Source: Eledone cirrhosa (lineage: Eukaryota). From it: DNA of 64,000 bases. The stretch lies in the NCBI GenBank assembly GCA_964016885.1, contig OZ024746.1:65906001-65970000 (forward strand), given 5' to 3'. A program made the translations under genes and the position numbers. The stretch's first letter is position 1, and each line of letters opens with the position of its first letter. Shown one piece after another: positions 39,718 through 52,360 of the stretch. The notes under the pieces are model-generated. The model ran no database searches and was not told where the DNA came from. It saw only the letters and a program-made list of their open reading frames with translations.

Positions 39718-40828
39718 ATAATGGTAGGAATATACTATGGAGAAAGTAAACTTGACATTCTGAATGTAGATTTAAAAAAAAAAAGATTGATGGCATACAT
39801 GGTAGATCCGATATTGTATATGACTTTGAGGTTTTATATTTTCCGTGAACAATATATATGGAAATCGATAAACACCATTATAGCAAAAATGGAACAGACA
39901 TGAACCGTTTTGAGTATGCCGAATTCATGGTGGGGATATATCCATATTTTGTAGAATTACTGGTGTGAACTGTCCAATACGCAATAATATGTATGGAGAA
40001 GGTTTAATATAGCATTTTTTAAATAACTTGAATGTGGGCAAAACAAGCGACCCTGCTACTACTGTATTGGCATAAATCAAAGAAAACAAAGAAAAGAAAA
40101 TGAAAGGATAAAAGATCCCTCTTGTAAACTTGTTTATGAGAATTAAGAATTTATCATTGAAAGAAATGTTTGAATTCTGCCAGAATAATGAAAGAATGAA
40201 CAATATAACGGGAAATCTACAATAATCAGAAAATAGTCGGTAGAATATAGTACGTGCATGCTAAACAATACTAATAAAATTATAATTTATACTTTCGGCA
40301 CGAAACCACAAGTGATTAAAGAAACGCTTTCGTTAATTCAGTCGATCTGAATAGATCATTGTTAGATATCGATGCCGGAATTGGTGGTAAAACAAAGCTT
40401 TAAAGCAGTGGAAATTTTACTGTCTGAGAATTACTTACGATTTGATACATTGTTCAACACTGTAACTGAAATGGTGTCCCTAAACCCTATTTTAATTCCA
40501 GATTTTATAAAGCTTAATCAAAATTGTCTACTTCTGGTTTGTGGATTTTAGAAACAAAGCTGAATTATATGTAAATAATCTACCTACAAAGAAACTTCTA
40601 CATCATTTTAGAGCATTCAAGAATGCAAGACTTTTGATATGAAAGTAATAACTCTTAATGCTAGGGAAAAAGGTAATATCCGTCAACAAAAAAACCTTAA
40701 TACAATCAAACATCAATATGGTACATCAAATACACTTACAGCAGGCAATTTCATAATGAAAGTGCTTTGTTTTTTAAATCTTCCTAGTGCAAAGGTTTTT
40801 TTCTTTATAAACAAGTAATATAACAATC

Positions 40829-40870
<42 letters not shown>

Positions 40871-40990
40871 TGTAGTAGTAGTAGTAGTAATAATAATTCT
40901 AGTATAGGAGCAACAGCAGCAGTAGTAGTAGTAGTAGCAACAGCAGCGGTACATTTAGTAGTAGCTATAGCAGTAGTAGTAGTTGTAGTA
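40829..40990. repeat. (AGT)n/(AGC)n microsatellite
   Basis: Direct reading. Confidence 0.95.
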
Positions 40991-42481
40991 AACCCATATA
41001 TAAATACATTTCTTTGTCTTCCCTGTGTTTACAACATTTCGTATAACTAAGTTATTAAGAGGGATTAACACAACAGATTTCTCTATTCTTCATGCCACGG
41101 AGGAATTCGGCTTATTGATGGTGGTGGGGGTCTTTCATCATTATACGTATCGTTATTATTGAGGTAGTGCTATTTGCGTTGAAGGGAACTGATGTTGTGG
41201 CCAATTTAATTACGCCTCTAATACGATTAAAAGTCGTGTTCTAGAATGGGAGCATTTTTCTCCTTCTGGGTTTTTTTAAGTTAATTATTTGTGATCCAAT
41301 TAAACAACGGTTTTACGCCATATCCCCCAAATACTATTGTTTAGATTTCCAGGATTTATTTCTAAATTTTTAATCATATTTCTTGAAGGTCCAATGAAAA
41401 TTACTAGGGGTATGAAACTTGTCAAATGCCTTATTCTAGGACATCGAAATTTTATATTTTAAGTCACAATAATATATGTTTTCTTTTCAGTTCTTTCCCT
41501 GATATCAAATGGGCAATTTGTAAAAATGACCCATTCGTTCATAACACCAATAATGTGTTATGTTTCTCTAACGGTGTGTAAGGAAAAGTCCCATACACTC
41601 TGTATAAGGCAATCTGACACAATTTTAGCAGTTTTCTGTTGAGAAGTGTAGTTGTATAACTGATTTGAAGTGAGTTTTGTTTTTTAATGAACCAAGTAAA
41701 ATTTATCCGATTTTTTAGGAAAAACTAACTCTTAAAAATAAGGCAGTTCACAAAAGGCGAAATGAGTGACGAACAAAATTCACATTTTACAAAACGCTGC
41801 GCAAAACTTAAGCACACTAATTCTAATGTATCTATTAAATCAATGAACAACATGATTTTAATTTAAAGGTCGGGATTTAATTTTTACATGCGGGAAAAAT
41901 CACACGTTCAGTATCATCAGTCCACAACTGATTGGGAGTGCAGGTTTGTTTTCTGTGAGTAGCTTTCTCAACTGCCTGTGGACATCTTTCAATTCATTCT
42001 TTTTCCATTCCAACAAATAGTATCTTTTTCCATTGAATTATTCAGGCTCATAGTTTTTATTTGTAACCCCTTAGCCCCGCTTGGGATGATTGCTTGTAAG
42101 ATAAAAATAGCATGATTTGACCACTAATATAATTCAACCTCCCTCTCCTCCTCCCATTCTTCTGTGACGCTAGCACCCTTGCCCTTCCCTTCATTTTCCC
42201 TATTTATATATCTGTAGCGTTGTTGTAATCTGAAATAGATTTGTTAACGATTTTTTAAACTTTTATTAATAAAACATATTTAGCTTATAAATATCTGAGT
42301 GAGAGAAAGCAAGGCTGGAGGGAAAATATCAAATTAACATTTATCGCTCAAATGTGCAAAAGGGTTTGTTACTTGATCCATGTGATTTAATACACACACA
42401 CTCATATACATATATATATATATATATATATAGATGCACTTTCACACATACATGCACGCGCACATACTCACACACATACAT

Positions 42482-42526
<45 letters not shown>

Positions 42527-42920
42527 TATATATATATATATACTTGAGATAGAGGCAGCTCTCTCCACTTTATTCCCTGTCCAGGGGGATTTTACACGAG
42601 TTTCTCCATAGACATTTACAGTGTGCGACTATTATGTCCACTTCCGATAGGATGGCTACATTTTGTATTTTCCCAAGGCTTCGTAAATTAATCAACTGTT
42701 TACATGTTTATAAATATAGATATTTCGGTAATATAGTCCACGGGAAACATCTATATTGATAATATATCTATAGATATAGTGTATTCTAAAAGCATCAATT
42801 TCTCAACATTCAATTACATGCATACATACATGCATATCATACGTATATCAATACATACTTGCATACATGTATATATACATACATACAACATACATATATA
42901 TAAATATGTATATATATATA

Positions 42921-43445
42921 TTAATCCCGGGTTGAATTGGAGTTAACCACAGCAAATAAGGTACTCAATACATAGCAGAGTATAACAGTTTTAATATAGA
43001 AGAGCTTCTACAGGACTAGAACTGTTTCATTCGTGAGAAATCATCAGGAAGCTGGCTCTCCAAATAAATGGTGGTATTTATGTCTTTCCTTATGTGGTGG
43101 TAGGAGAGGGTGGGGATTGGGATGGGTGTAGGTCCTTGGTTGAAGGAATTAAAGAAAGGGGATTCATTTAAAGCTAATTTTTTAAAGCTATAATATTAAT
43201 AAAGGCAGAAAGAATACTGTAAACAAGTTCAACATTGGAATACCAATCCTTGTTTATCACTTAAAGTAGCAACGCCTGCAAGACAGGTGTCTACAGGATG
43301 GGTAGGTTTCAATGATTTAAAGAAAAGAGAAAACCTTTAGAAGCTAATACTTTAAGGCTAAATTGAGGGTGACAAATGCAGAAAAGGTTCCATTAACAGA
43401 TTCAAGTGTTGGGGTTAACCACCTATAGTGAAGTTTCTCTTAATA
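42921..43445 (-). mobile_element. Tailed arm of hammerhead element family D
   Basis: Minus-strand tail ctctgctatgtattGAGTACCTTatttgctgtgg... abutting TA repeats; ~42987-43130 is the inverted homologue of 49789-49931; 5' boundary uncertain. Confidence 0.75.
43003..43053 (-). ncRNA. Type I hammerhead ribozyme motif (family D)
   Basis: Minus strand AGCTTC-CTGATGA-t-TTC-tcac-GAA-t-GAAA-CAG-ttctagtc-CTG-TA^-GAAGCT: all three stems and full core. Confidence 0.88.
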
Positions 43446-43539
43446 TATATTCCAGGTGTCAACAAACACATTCACACACGCGCCCACTTACATACGTACA
43501 CACACTTACATGCACGCGCACACAGCCAGGCACACACAA

Positions 43540-44017
43540 CAAACATACATATTGATACATACACACATACATACACATACATACATACATACATACACAT
43601 ATACATATATATGTGTACATATATATGTATATGTGTATGTATGTGTACATACATATACATATATATATTTATATATATTCATACGTACACCTATACAAAC
43701 ATATATATATACACGCACGTTCAAACACATATAAATGTATACACATAGATACACACACATACATATACATACATATACACACACATACACATACACATAT
43801 GTATATATATATATATATATATACACACCTATATACACATAAATACATACTCACACATACACATATACACACATACATACATATATATATATACATATAC
43901 ATATATATACATATATATATATATGTATATATGTATATGTATATATATATATATGTGTGTATATGTATATGTATATATATTTGTGTATATATATTTGTAT
44001 ATATATATATGTATATA

Positions 44018-44062
<45 letters not shown>

Positions 44063-44148
44063 GTATATATATATATATATATACACCGGCATACATATAT
44101 ATTCACATATATATACATATATATATATGTATATATATATGTATGTAT
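43540..44148. repeat. Compound (TA)n/(CATA)n/(CA)n microsatellite
   Basis: Direct reading; similar tracts at 44947-45480 and 49450-49760. Confidence 0.95.
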
Positions 44149-44946
44149 ACAATATGTTGAAAAGGTAACACACCTGAGAGAGATATACAGTGCGCTATCA
44201 ATAAAACTGGGAAAAAAAACACCAGTGTATGGAATCTATAACCCATGAAAGGCAAACTATAGACACGATAATTAACAATATAAATTAAAGCGTAAATAAA
44301 TACCTTTATAACTATATATCTCACGTACAAATCGAAAGATACAAATCCAAAGATATGTTTCGCCAGTAATTTGTGAAAGAAATGGGTTAACCTCGGTTCA
44401 TCAGCGTGTGTAAGGCTATACATTTCAGACAACACTAAGAGAATTTTAGAAGTACCTGTCCAGCTATACGTGGGAGAGAGAAGTCAAAACGTGTTTAAGG
44501 GCAGTGATCCAATGGCTTCTGAGGGACGAACTGTTAGAAAGGGCTGCACAAAACCACCCAGAGAAGAGTGATCAACCAAACAGAGAGATAGGAAAGAATG
44601 TTATAAGGAGCGAAAAATCACGATAAATTAACGGAGCCATACGCCTTCGCTATTCCCTGTAAATAATGTGCTGAATGAGAAGAACTCTTTGGATTTGTAC
44701 GTGTGTTATATAGTTATAGACGTATTTATTTACGCTTTAATTTATATTTTTAATTATCGTGTCTATAGTCTGCCTTTAATAGATTATAGATTCCATACAC
44801 TGGTGGTTTTTTCCCTGTTTTATTGATAGTGCACTGTATATCTATGTCTGGTGTGTTACTTTTTCAACATATTGTATTTCTTCTCCTTTGAGCACATTAT
44901 TTACAGGGAATAGCGAGGGCCTATCGCTCCGTTAATTTATCGTGAT
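44149..44946. mobile_element. Fold-back element family G with inverted arms (44149-44352 / 44686-44876), duplicated inverted tail (44618-44684 / 44878-44945) and a degenerate hammerhead on minus (~44345-44410)
   Basis: Reverse-complement matches read by eye; minus strand cacacg-CTGATGA-aCCgAG...CTGGc-GAAA-CATA-TC^-tttgg. Confidence 0.75.
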
Positions 44947-44949
44947 ATG

Positions 44950-45040
<91 letters not shown>

Positions 45041-45207
45041 GCATACACATACATACACATATACACACATATTTACATACACAGTACATACATATATATA
45101 TATAGATAAACATACATACACATAAAAATACACACATACATACCCACATACAGACACATATACACAAATATAGAGTCACACACACATACATACATATATA
45201 CATATAC

Positions 45208-45340
<133 letters not shown>

Positions 45341-45345
45341 AATAA

Positions 45346-45380
<35 letters not shown>

Positions 45381-45486
45381 AACATATACATATAAACATA
45401 CAAACATATAAATACATACATACACATACATACAAACACACACATATATATATACATATACATACAATATATATATATATTTTTTT

Positions 45487-46186
45487 TTCTTTAGGACGTT
45501 TTGGAAGCCTCAACAATGCAGATGGGTAATTCTCTGGGTAACAGGAACCGGTGGTGGAGAGAGAGATGTAAGTGAATGTAGAATGAGATGTATAGTGTGT
45601 AGAAGAACGTAGGAAAGAGCGTAAAAAATATAAATAATTGTTTCTACTTTAGGCACAAGGCCAGCAATTATCCAGCGCATTACTGGTACTTTATTTTAAC
45701 GACCCCGTAAGGATGAAAGGCAAAGTCAACCTCGGCGGGATTTGAACTCAGATCGTAAAGGGACGTAACTATGCTGGAAAGCATAGCGTCCGACCCTCTA
45801 CCGATACTGCCAATCCACCGCAAAAATATAAATAATAACACGAGATAGAGTTACTTTGGGAGAGATTTAATTGTCCCTATATTTCTGATTCACATCCATC
45901 AACTAGGGGGTTTTCCGGGGAAGGGGAGGTTATCTGTCTGATAGGATCGGTACGTGTCCTCTGCTGTTTGTTGTTTTGAATAACGAACAATCTCGTGTTA
46001 TTATTTTTTTCCAACGTTCTTCTACACACTATACAACTCATTCTACATTCACTTACATCTTTCTCTCCACCACCGGATCCTGTTACCCAGAGAATTACCC
46101 ACCTGCATTGTTGAGGCTTCCAAAACGACCTAAAGATAATATATCTTATTATTCGACAATACTGCAAGCAAACTTCAATACTATCT

Positions 46187-46190
<4 letters not shown>
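45487..46190 (+). mobile_element. Fold-back element family H (arms ~45487-45846 / 45990-46137, tail 46141-46187), interrupted by a SINE
   Basis: ctttaggacgttttggaagcctcaacaatgcag... vs ...ctgcattgttgaggcttccaaaacgacctaaag; (TA)n flanks. Confidence 0.85.
45639..45821 (-). mobile_element. Full-length SINE with 15-bp TSD
   Basis: TSD aaaaatataaataat at 45624-45638 and 45822-45836. Confidence 0.95.
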
Positions 46191-46227
<37 letters not shown>

Positions 46228-46232
<5 letters not shown>

Positions 46233-46655
46233 AAAGAATAGAGGTGTAACACACAAGTTATTATATATTGGTAAACGGAATAGAAAATGCTGACAAATTG
46301 TTCACAGTTGAAAAATGGTTTAATTAGGAATAAAAGAGTATTAGTGATTGTATGGGTTAGTATTCAGTTGTGGTTTTAAGTTTTTAAGTTTTTACCGGTT
46401 GCGCATTTCTAAATGCTTTTCAAAAATAATTTTGAGATAGAGTGTCCGTGCTGTTTGCTCTGATCAGAGCAAACAGCACGGACACTCTATCTCAAAATTA
46501 TTTTTGAAAAGCATTTAGAAATGCGCAACCGGTAAAAACTTAAAAACTTAAAACCACAACTGAATACTAACCCATACAATCACTAATACTCTTTTATTCC
46601 TAATTAAACCATTTTTCAACTGTGAACAATTTGTCAGCATTTTCTATTCCGTTTA

Positions 46656-46660
<5 letters not shown>
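46228..46660 (-). mobile_element. Fold-back element family E: perfect palindrome with ~200-bp arms plus short tail
   Basis: 46267-46463 and 46464-46660 are reverse complements with no spacer (centre gctctga|tcagagc); tail 46228-46261; (TA)n flanks. Confidence 0.95.
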
Positions 46661-46710
<50 letters not shown>

Positions 46711-46770
46711 TTTCTGAATTTGTTTAGCAAGATTCTTTATCTGAAATCGTGTTTTGAAACCGATATTATG

Positions 46771-47204
46771 AAAATTAACGGCTGAGCAGCCTAATTTGCA
46801 TATCGAGTGAGTTCAGTCGGCCAGGCGTACCGAAAACGATAAGTTGTAATATAATGAAATGTTATTTCATTATATTACAACTTATCGTTTTCGGTACGCC
46901 TGGCCGACTGAACTCACTCGATATGCAAATTAGGCTGCTCAGCCGTTAATTTTTATAAGGAAAGTATATACTTTCGAACGTTCAACTATCTGGCAGAAGG
47001 GTATACGGTGCTGATGATAGCTAAGAAGCTTGAAACTAGTACATCGTTCCTGTGTCAGTGTTGAACAAAAAGGTGACGTGGTTGCCTTAACACCGTACGG
47101 CATAAATCAGGCTGTCCGCTTGTTTACAAACGGACAAAGCGGGCGTTATAATAAACGTCCACTAAACTGATACGTACATATATATATGTGTACCTGTATG
47201 TATA

Positions 47205-47284
<80 letters not shown>

Positions 47285-47340
47285 TGCTACTGTACGTCTG
47301 TATACATATATGTATGTACGTATACATACTTACATATATA
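46771..47340 (+). mobile_element. Family B element with a 5' hairpin of ~90-bp arms (46771-46953)
   Basis: Arms 46771-46860 / 46864-46953 around gtt; downstream sequence homologous to 9600-9970. Confidence 0.88.
47005..47047 (+). ncRNA. Minimal type I hammerhead ribozyme motif (family B)
   Basis: ACGGTG-CTGATGA-t-AGCT-aaga-AGCT-t-GAAA-CTAG-TA^-CATCGT. Confidence 0.88.
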
Positions 47341-47341
47341 T

Positions 47342-49450
47342 AAGTATTAATAAAATAGATGTTCTTTTGATCAATTAAATTTTATTATACATATTTCGGA
47401 TGTACAACAGTACGTACTCATCAGACAAAATATAATGATACGTGACATACCTTGAGATGTTAAATGGTCAAGATTTAATCAAGGTAGTGATACCCGATAC
47501 AACATTTTGCTTATATAATATTTGTGTGAGAGTGCGAAAACGTAATGAATTCATTAGAGAATGTGTGAGTAAGAAAAATCGTTGTATACTTAAAGTGTTC
47601 TAACATTTTAAATTGTATGATACTATATCTAAAGAGACGTCTCATGATTTATAACAGCCAGTGATAGCTACTGGAAAAAGATTTATAGGGAAGGATGGAT
47701 AAAGTGTAGGGGGGAGGGGGTTCGAAAGTTATACGGAAATTGGAAATTATACGGAATTGGAAATTATACGAAAGTTATACGGAAATTTGGAAATATTTAA
47801 TTGATAATATTAATGTGAAGACTCCAGATTTCAGGATTATTTGCTATTTATTTATATTATTTATATAAATTCGATAAGTGTGTTTTCATTTCTAAACTTC
47901 TGAAAGGAGAATAACATTATAAAGGATTTAGCTGGCACGTAAAGAATGAAATATTATACTGTTGATTAAATACCTAAATCTAAACTTTAACAAATATCTT
48001 GACATATTAGGTATGTAAAGCTTTTATAGTACTTATTGTTATAAATATTTAAATAACTATTACGGATATAGGTATATATTAATGAGTCAGTATGTATAAG
48101 GTAAAAATAAAATAAAATAAAATAAAATAATATGTTACAGATAAGAATTATAGATATGTATAATTATTCTTCAACCAAGATATCAACGTATTATTAGATA
48201 TAGGGATGTATATATATAGATATATATTAGGTTTTATTAATGTAGTATACTTTATGTAAATGATAACAGTTATACTCTTAATAACATGTTACATCTAAAT
48301 ATATATATATATACATGCATATAAGAAAAACGATCAAAGTGTGCATGTATAAAATTCTAAATAATGTCTATAATAAATTTTAGTTTGGATATTATATCTA
48401 TATTTGAATCATGTATATAGAAGTATGGTAGATATATTTAAAAAATATTTAAAAAATACAATATATAATATGTATTATTAATGCAGTATACTTTAGGTAA
48501 ATGATAACAGTTATACTCTTAACAACGTGTCACATTTAAATATGTATATATACATACATATAAGAAAAAAGCTAACAATGAGTGGGTGTACAACATTCAA
48601 AATAATGTCTATAATAGTTTTTAGTTTGGATATTATTGACTCATTAATATATACCTATATACATAATAGTTATTTAAATATTTATAACAATAAGTACTAT
48701 AAAAGCTTTACATACCTAATATGTTGAGATATTTGTTAAAGTTTAGATTTAGGTAATTAATCAACAGTGTAATATTTCATTCTTTACGTGCCAGCTAAAT
48801 CCTTTATAACGTTATTCTCACATTTCAGAAGTTTAGAAATGAAAACACACTTATCGAATTTATATAAATAATATAAATAAATAGCAAATAATCCTGAAAT
48901 CTGGAGTTTTCACATTAATATTATGAATTAAATATTTCCAAATTCTAACCGTTTAACTTTCGAAACGCACCCCTCACACACGCACTTTATCTTTCCTTCC
49001 CTATAAAACTTTTTCCAGTGGCTATCACTGGCTGTTATAAATCATGAGACGTCTCTCTAGATATAGTATCATACAATTTAAAATGTTAGAACACTTTAGG
49101 TATACAACGTTTTTTCTTACTCACACACTCTCTAATGAATTCATTACGTTTTCGCACTCTCACACAGATATTATATAAACAAAGTTTTCTACCGGGTATC
49201 ACTACCTTGATTAAAGCTTAATCTTTTAACATCTCAAGGTATGTCATGTATCATTATATTTTGTCTGATGTGTACGTACTGTTGTACATCCGAAATATGT
49301 ATAATAAAATGTAATTGATGAAAAGAACATCTATTTTATTAATACTTATATTAATAACTCCTGAAAAATATTTTGCCGTTGAGTGCTTCCAATCTACTGT
49401 AAAAATCATTCTTTAACATAATCATCGGATATTGTTTAACAATTTAATAT
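47342..49450 (+). mobile_element. Large (~2.1 kb) non-coding fold-back element family F with ~700-bp arms and tail
   Basis: 47342-48065 is the diverged reverse complement of ~48660-49349; internal ~240-nt-period direct repeat (~48230-48400 / 48470-48635); tail 49350-49450 with GAGTGCTT. Confidence 0.9.
47374..47436 (-). ncRNA. Type I hammerhead motif (family F); plus-strand copy at ~49254-49315 has CTGATGA>CTGATGT
   Basis: Minus strand ATTATATTTTGT-CTGATGA-G(tac...gtacatc)C-GAAA-TATGTA-TA^-ATAAAATTTAAT. Confidence 0.75.
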
Positions 49451-49466
49451 TTATATATTTATATAT

Positions 49467-49497
<31 letters not shown>

Positions 49498-49864
49498 CAT
49501 ATATACATATATACATATATACATATAAACATATAAATATATACACCCTTACACATACATACACACAGATATGTACTTATTTATGTATATATTTATATAT
49601 ATACATATATATATATACAAACATACACATACATGGACATATACGCATATACATATACACGCACGTACGCACAAACATACGCATACATACGTACGGCTAC
49701 TGAAACAAATACGTACATACATACACTCGTAAGAATACACATATACACAGACACAGATACAGTATAAACCAGTATAAACCATTGAACCCCACACATCCCA
49801 ATCCTCACCCTCTCCTACCACCAGATAAGGAAATACATAAATACCACCATTAACTTGGACAGCC

Positions 49865-49915
49865 AGATTCCTGATGATTTCTCACGAATGAAACAGTTCT
49901 ACTCCTGTAGAAGCT
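49865..49915 (+). ncRNA. Type I hammerhead motif (family D, tail-less arm 49789-49931)
   Basis: AGaTTC-CTGATGA-tTTCtcacGAAt-GAAA-CAG-ttctactc-CTG-TA^-GAAgCT; one stem I mismatch. Confidence 0.82.
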
Positions 49916-49931
49916 CTTCTATATTAAAACT

Positions 49932-50088
49932 TATATATATATATAAGTAATTCTTTATATATATATATATATATATAAGTAATTCTTTATATATATATAT
50001 ATATATATAAGTAATTCTTTATATATATATATGTAATTCTTTATATATATATATATATAAGTAATTCTTTATATATATATATGTAATT

Positions 50089-50134
<46 letters not shown>

Positions 50135-50140
50135 AATTCT
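49932..50140. repeat. Minisatellite of (TA)n-(aa)gtaattctt units (~7 copies)
   Basis: gtaattct repeated, separated by variable TA runs. Confidence 0.9.
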
Positions 50141-50162
50141 ATATATGTATATATATTTAAGT

Positions 50163-50251
<89 letters not shown>

Positions 50252-51172
50252 AACATATGCACACAGAAATATGAAAATTAGATAAATACAATGATATACA
50301 TTGATTTAAATACAACACTATCACAGGAAGAAAAGTTAGATATGTGAATAGCTATTATTAGATAGCCTTTCAAGAATCAAGTGATCATAAATGAAACTTT
50401 TGTGTGAATAGAAATATTCTGAATGCTTATAATTTTATAATCAGTCTAGAAAATATAACTCATAAATATTTTCTTCGATCTCATGCGTTAGCAGGTTGAA
50501 GCATTTCATTAATATGGATTTGTCAGCTCAATATCTGAGTGCCGTATATTTACATACACATTGTTAATTTCAAACAGGAGACAGCATTATTCTCCCAATT
50601 GTATATTTGTATAGAAATATGTCTACTTATATTTCATAACATTTCTTGAAAAGCACTATTTTAAATCAAAACGTAATCATTTCATAAGTTGACATTTTAA
50701 GGGCTGATATAGAACTGGTTAGACAATAAAATAGATTAACATAATCATTGGACTGTATGCGCTCTACAGAGTTTAGATAATATGTAAATAACCTTTGAAG
50801 AATTTATGTTACCGCTACATAAAATGAACCCAATAATATATTTCAGAAATTGTTCTGATTATAGTTGAAGATGAGTGCCAATATAGTTTGTTATTAGTTT
50901 TTATTACTTGTAGTAGAATTCAACATTAATCGAAATAAATCCAAACCATCCCACTATTTAAATATAGCATGTGACAAGATTAATTACATTGTATATCTCA
51001 TAGATAAACATAGAGAAAGTTTGAAACTCTTTTGTAGTTTTAACAATTCGATATACTGAATTTCTTTCTCTTTTGTATTAATCTATTTGAGTGGCTGTGG
51101 TTATGGTTTTCCCAATCCCTTTTATTGTTGGTATGTTTTTACAAGTCATAATACAACACTAAAAAATGTAAT

Positions 51173-51355
51173 TGTTTCTACTTTTGGCACAAGGCCAGCA
51201 ATTATCCAGTGCATTACTGGTACTTTATTTTATCGACCCCGTAAGGATGAAAGGCAAAGTCAACCTCGGCGGGATTTGAACTCAGATCATAAAGGGACGT
51301 AACTATGCTGGAAAGCATGGCGTCCGACCCTCTACCGATACTGCCAATCCACCGC
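51173..51355 (-). mobile_element. Full-length SINE with 20-bp TSD
   Basis: TSD acaacactaaaaaatgtaat at 51153-51172 and 51356-51375. Confidence 0.96.
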
Positions 51356-51911
51356 ACAACACTAAAAAATGTAATGATTTCTCTTATGATGTGCAACATG
51401 CAACTCATAGATAAATTTCGTATCTACAGCTAAGAAGACAGATGTATTTTAATTATTTATCACGTAGTTAGATGGTGTATGTCAGTGTCATGGCCCAATC
51501 CGAGTCGCCCAAACTTATGATATGTAAGGATCCAATTATCAAAAAACTAGTGACAAAAGTCGGTTGCTTGCAGGAAAATAGATTTAACTAAAAACACCAC
51601 GTTGTTAAACACGGCATTACATTAAACATACAACCGAAGAACAGGAAGTTTCTTCCAATGACTTCCAATGAAATACCGCTCTTTTGATTACATTGAGAGG
51701 TTTTTCATCTATCCAACAAACACATTCCCTCGGGCTCGAATATCATGTCCTGTGCATTAGAACAGAATGTCTTTACCATATAGCCAAGCATGCAGCCCTT
51801 ACATTCTATGAGTTATCCTAAGGGCTACAAATATGATATGCAAACGTTCGGAACAAGTGTAGATTTAGATTTTCATATACGTCCGTTTAACGAAGTATCT
51901 AACAGTAATAA

Positions 51912-52097
51912 TTCTTTCTACTTTTGGCACAAGGCCAGCAAATACCCAGTACATTACTGGTAGTTTATTTTATCGGCTCCATAAGGATGAAAGGCAAAGT
52001 TAACCTCGGCGGCATTTGAACTGAGACCGTAAAGGGACGTACCCTTGCTGGAAAGCATGGCGTCCGACTCTTTAGCGTTACTGCCAATCCACCGCCC
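51912..52097 (-). mobile_element. Full-length SINE
   Basis: Matches SINE consensus; taacagtaataat flanks both sides. Confidence 0.9.
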
Positions 52098-52360
52098 TTT
52101 CCAGTAATAACAGTAATAATGTCTTTGTAAAGAATTCTGTATACATCTGGATTCTGTATCAGATTCTATTTGGTTTACGAGTAAATATTCTGAGGATATT
52201 TGCATATTTATTATACTAGGTAATATTGGGTTGTATTACATTCACATGACCTCTACCGACCAATCAAAATTCTTTTGACCACAAGAATTTTTGCAACACC
52301 AAAGTAACGCTGGAGCCTTTTTTTAACATAAAAACAGGTAGAATTCCCAAAACTAATCAG

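Noticed and set aside
49932-50140. Regularly spaced gtaattctt repeats resembling a CRISPR array
   Set aside because: Spacers are just TA runs, repeats are too short, no cas genes, eukaryotic context; it is a minisatellite.
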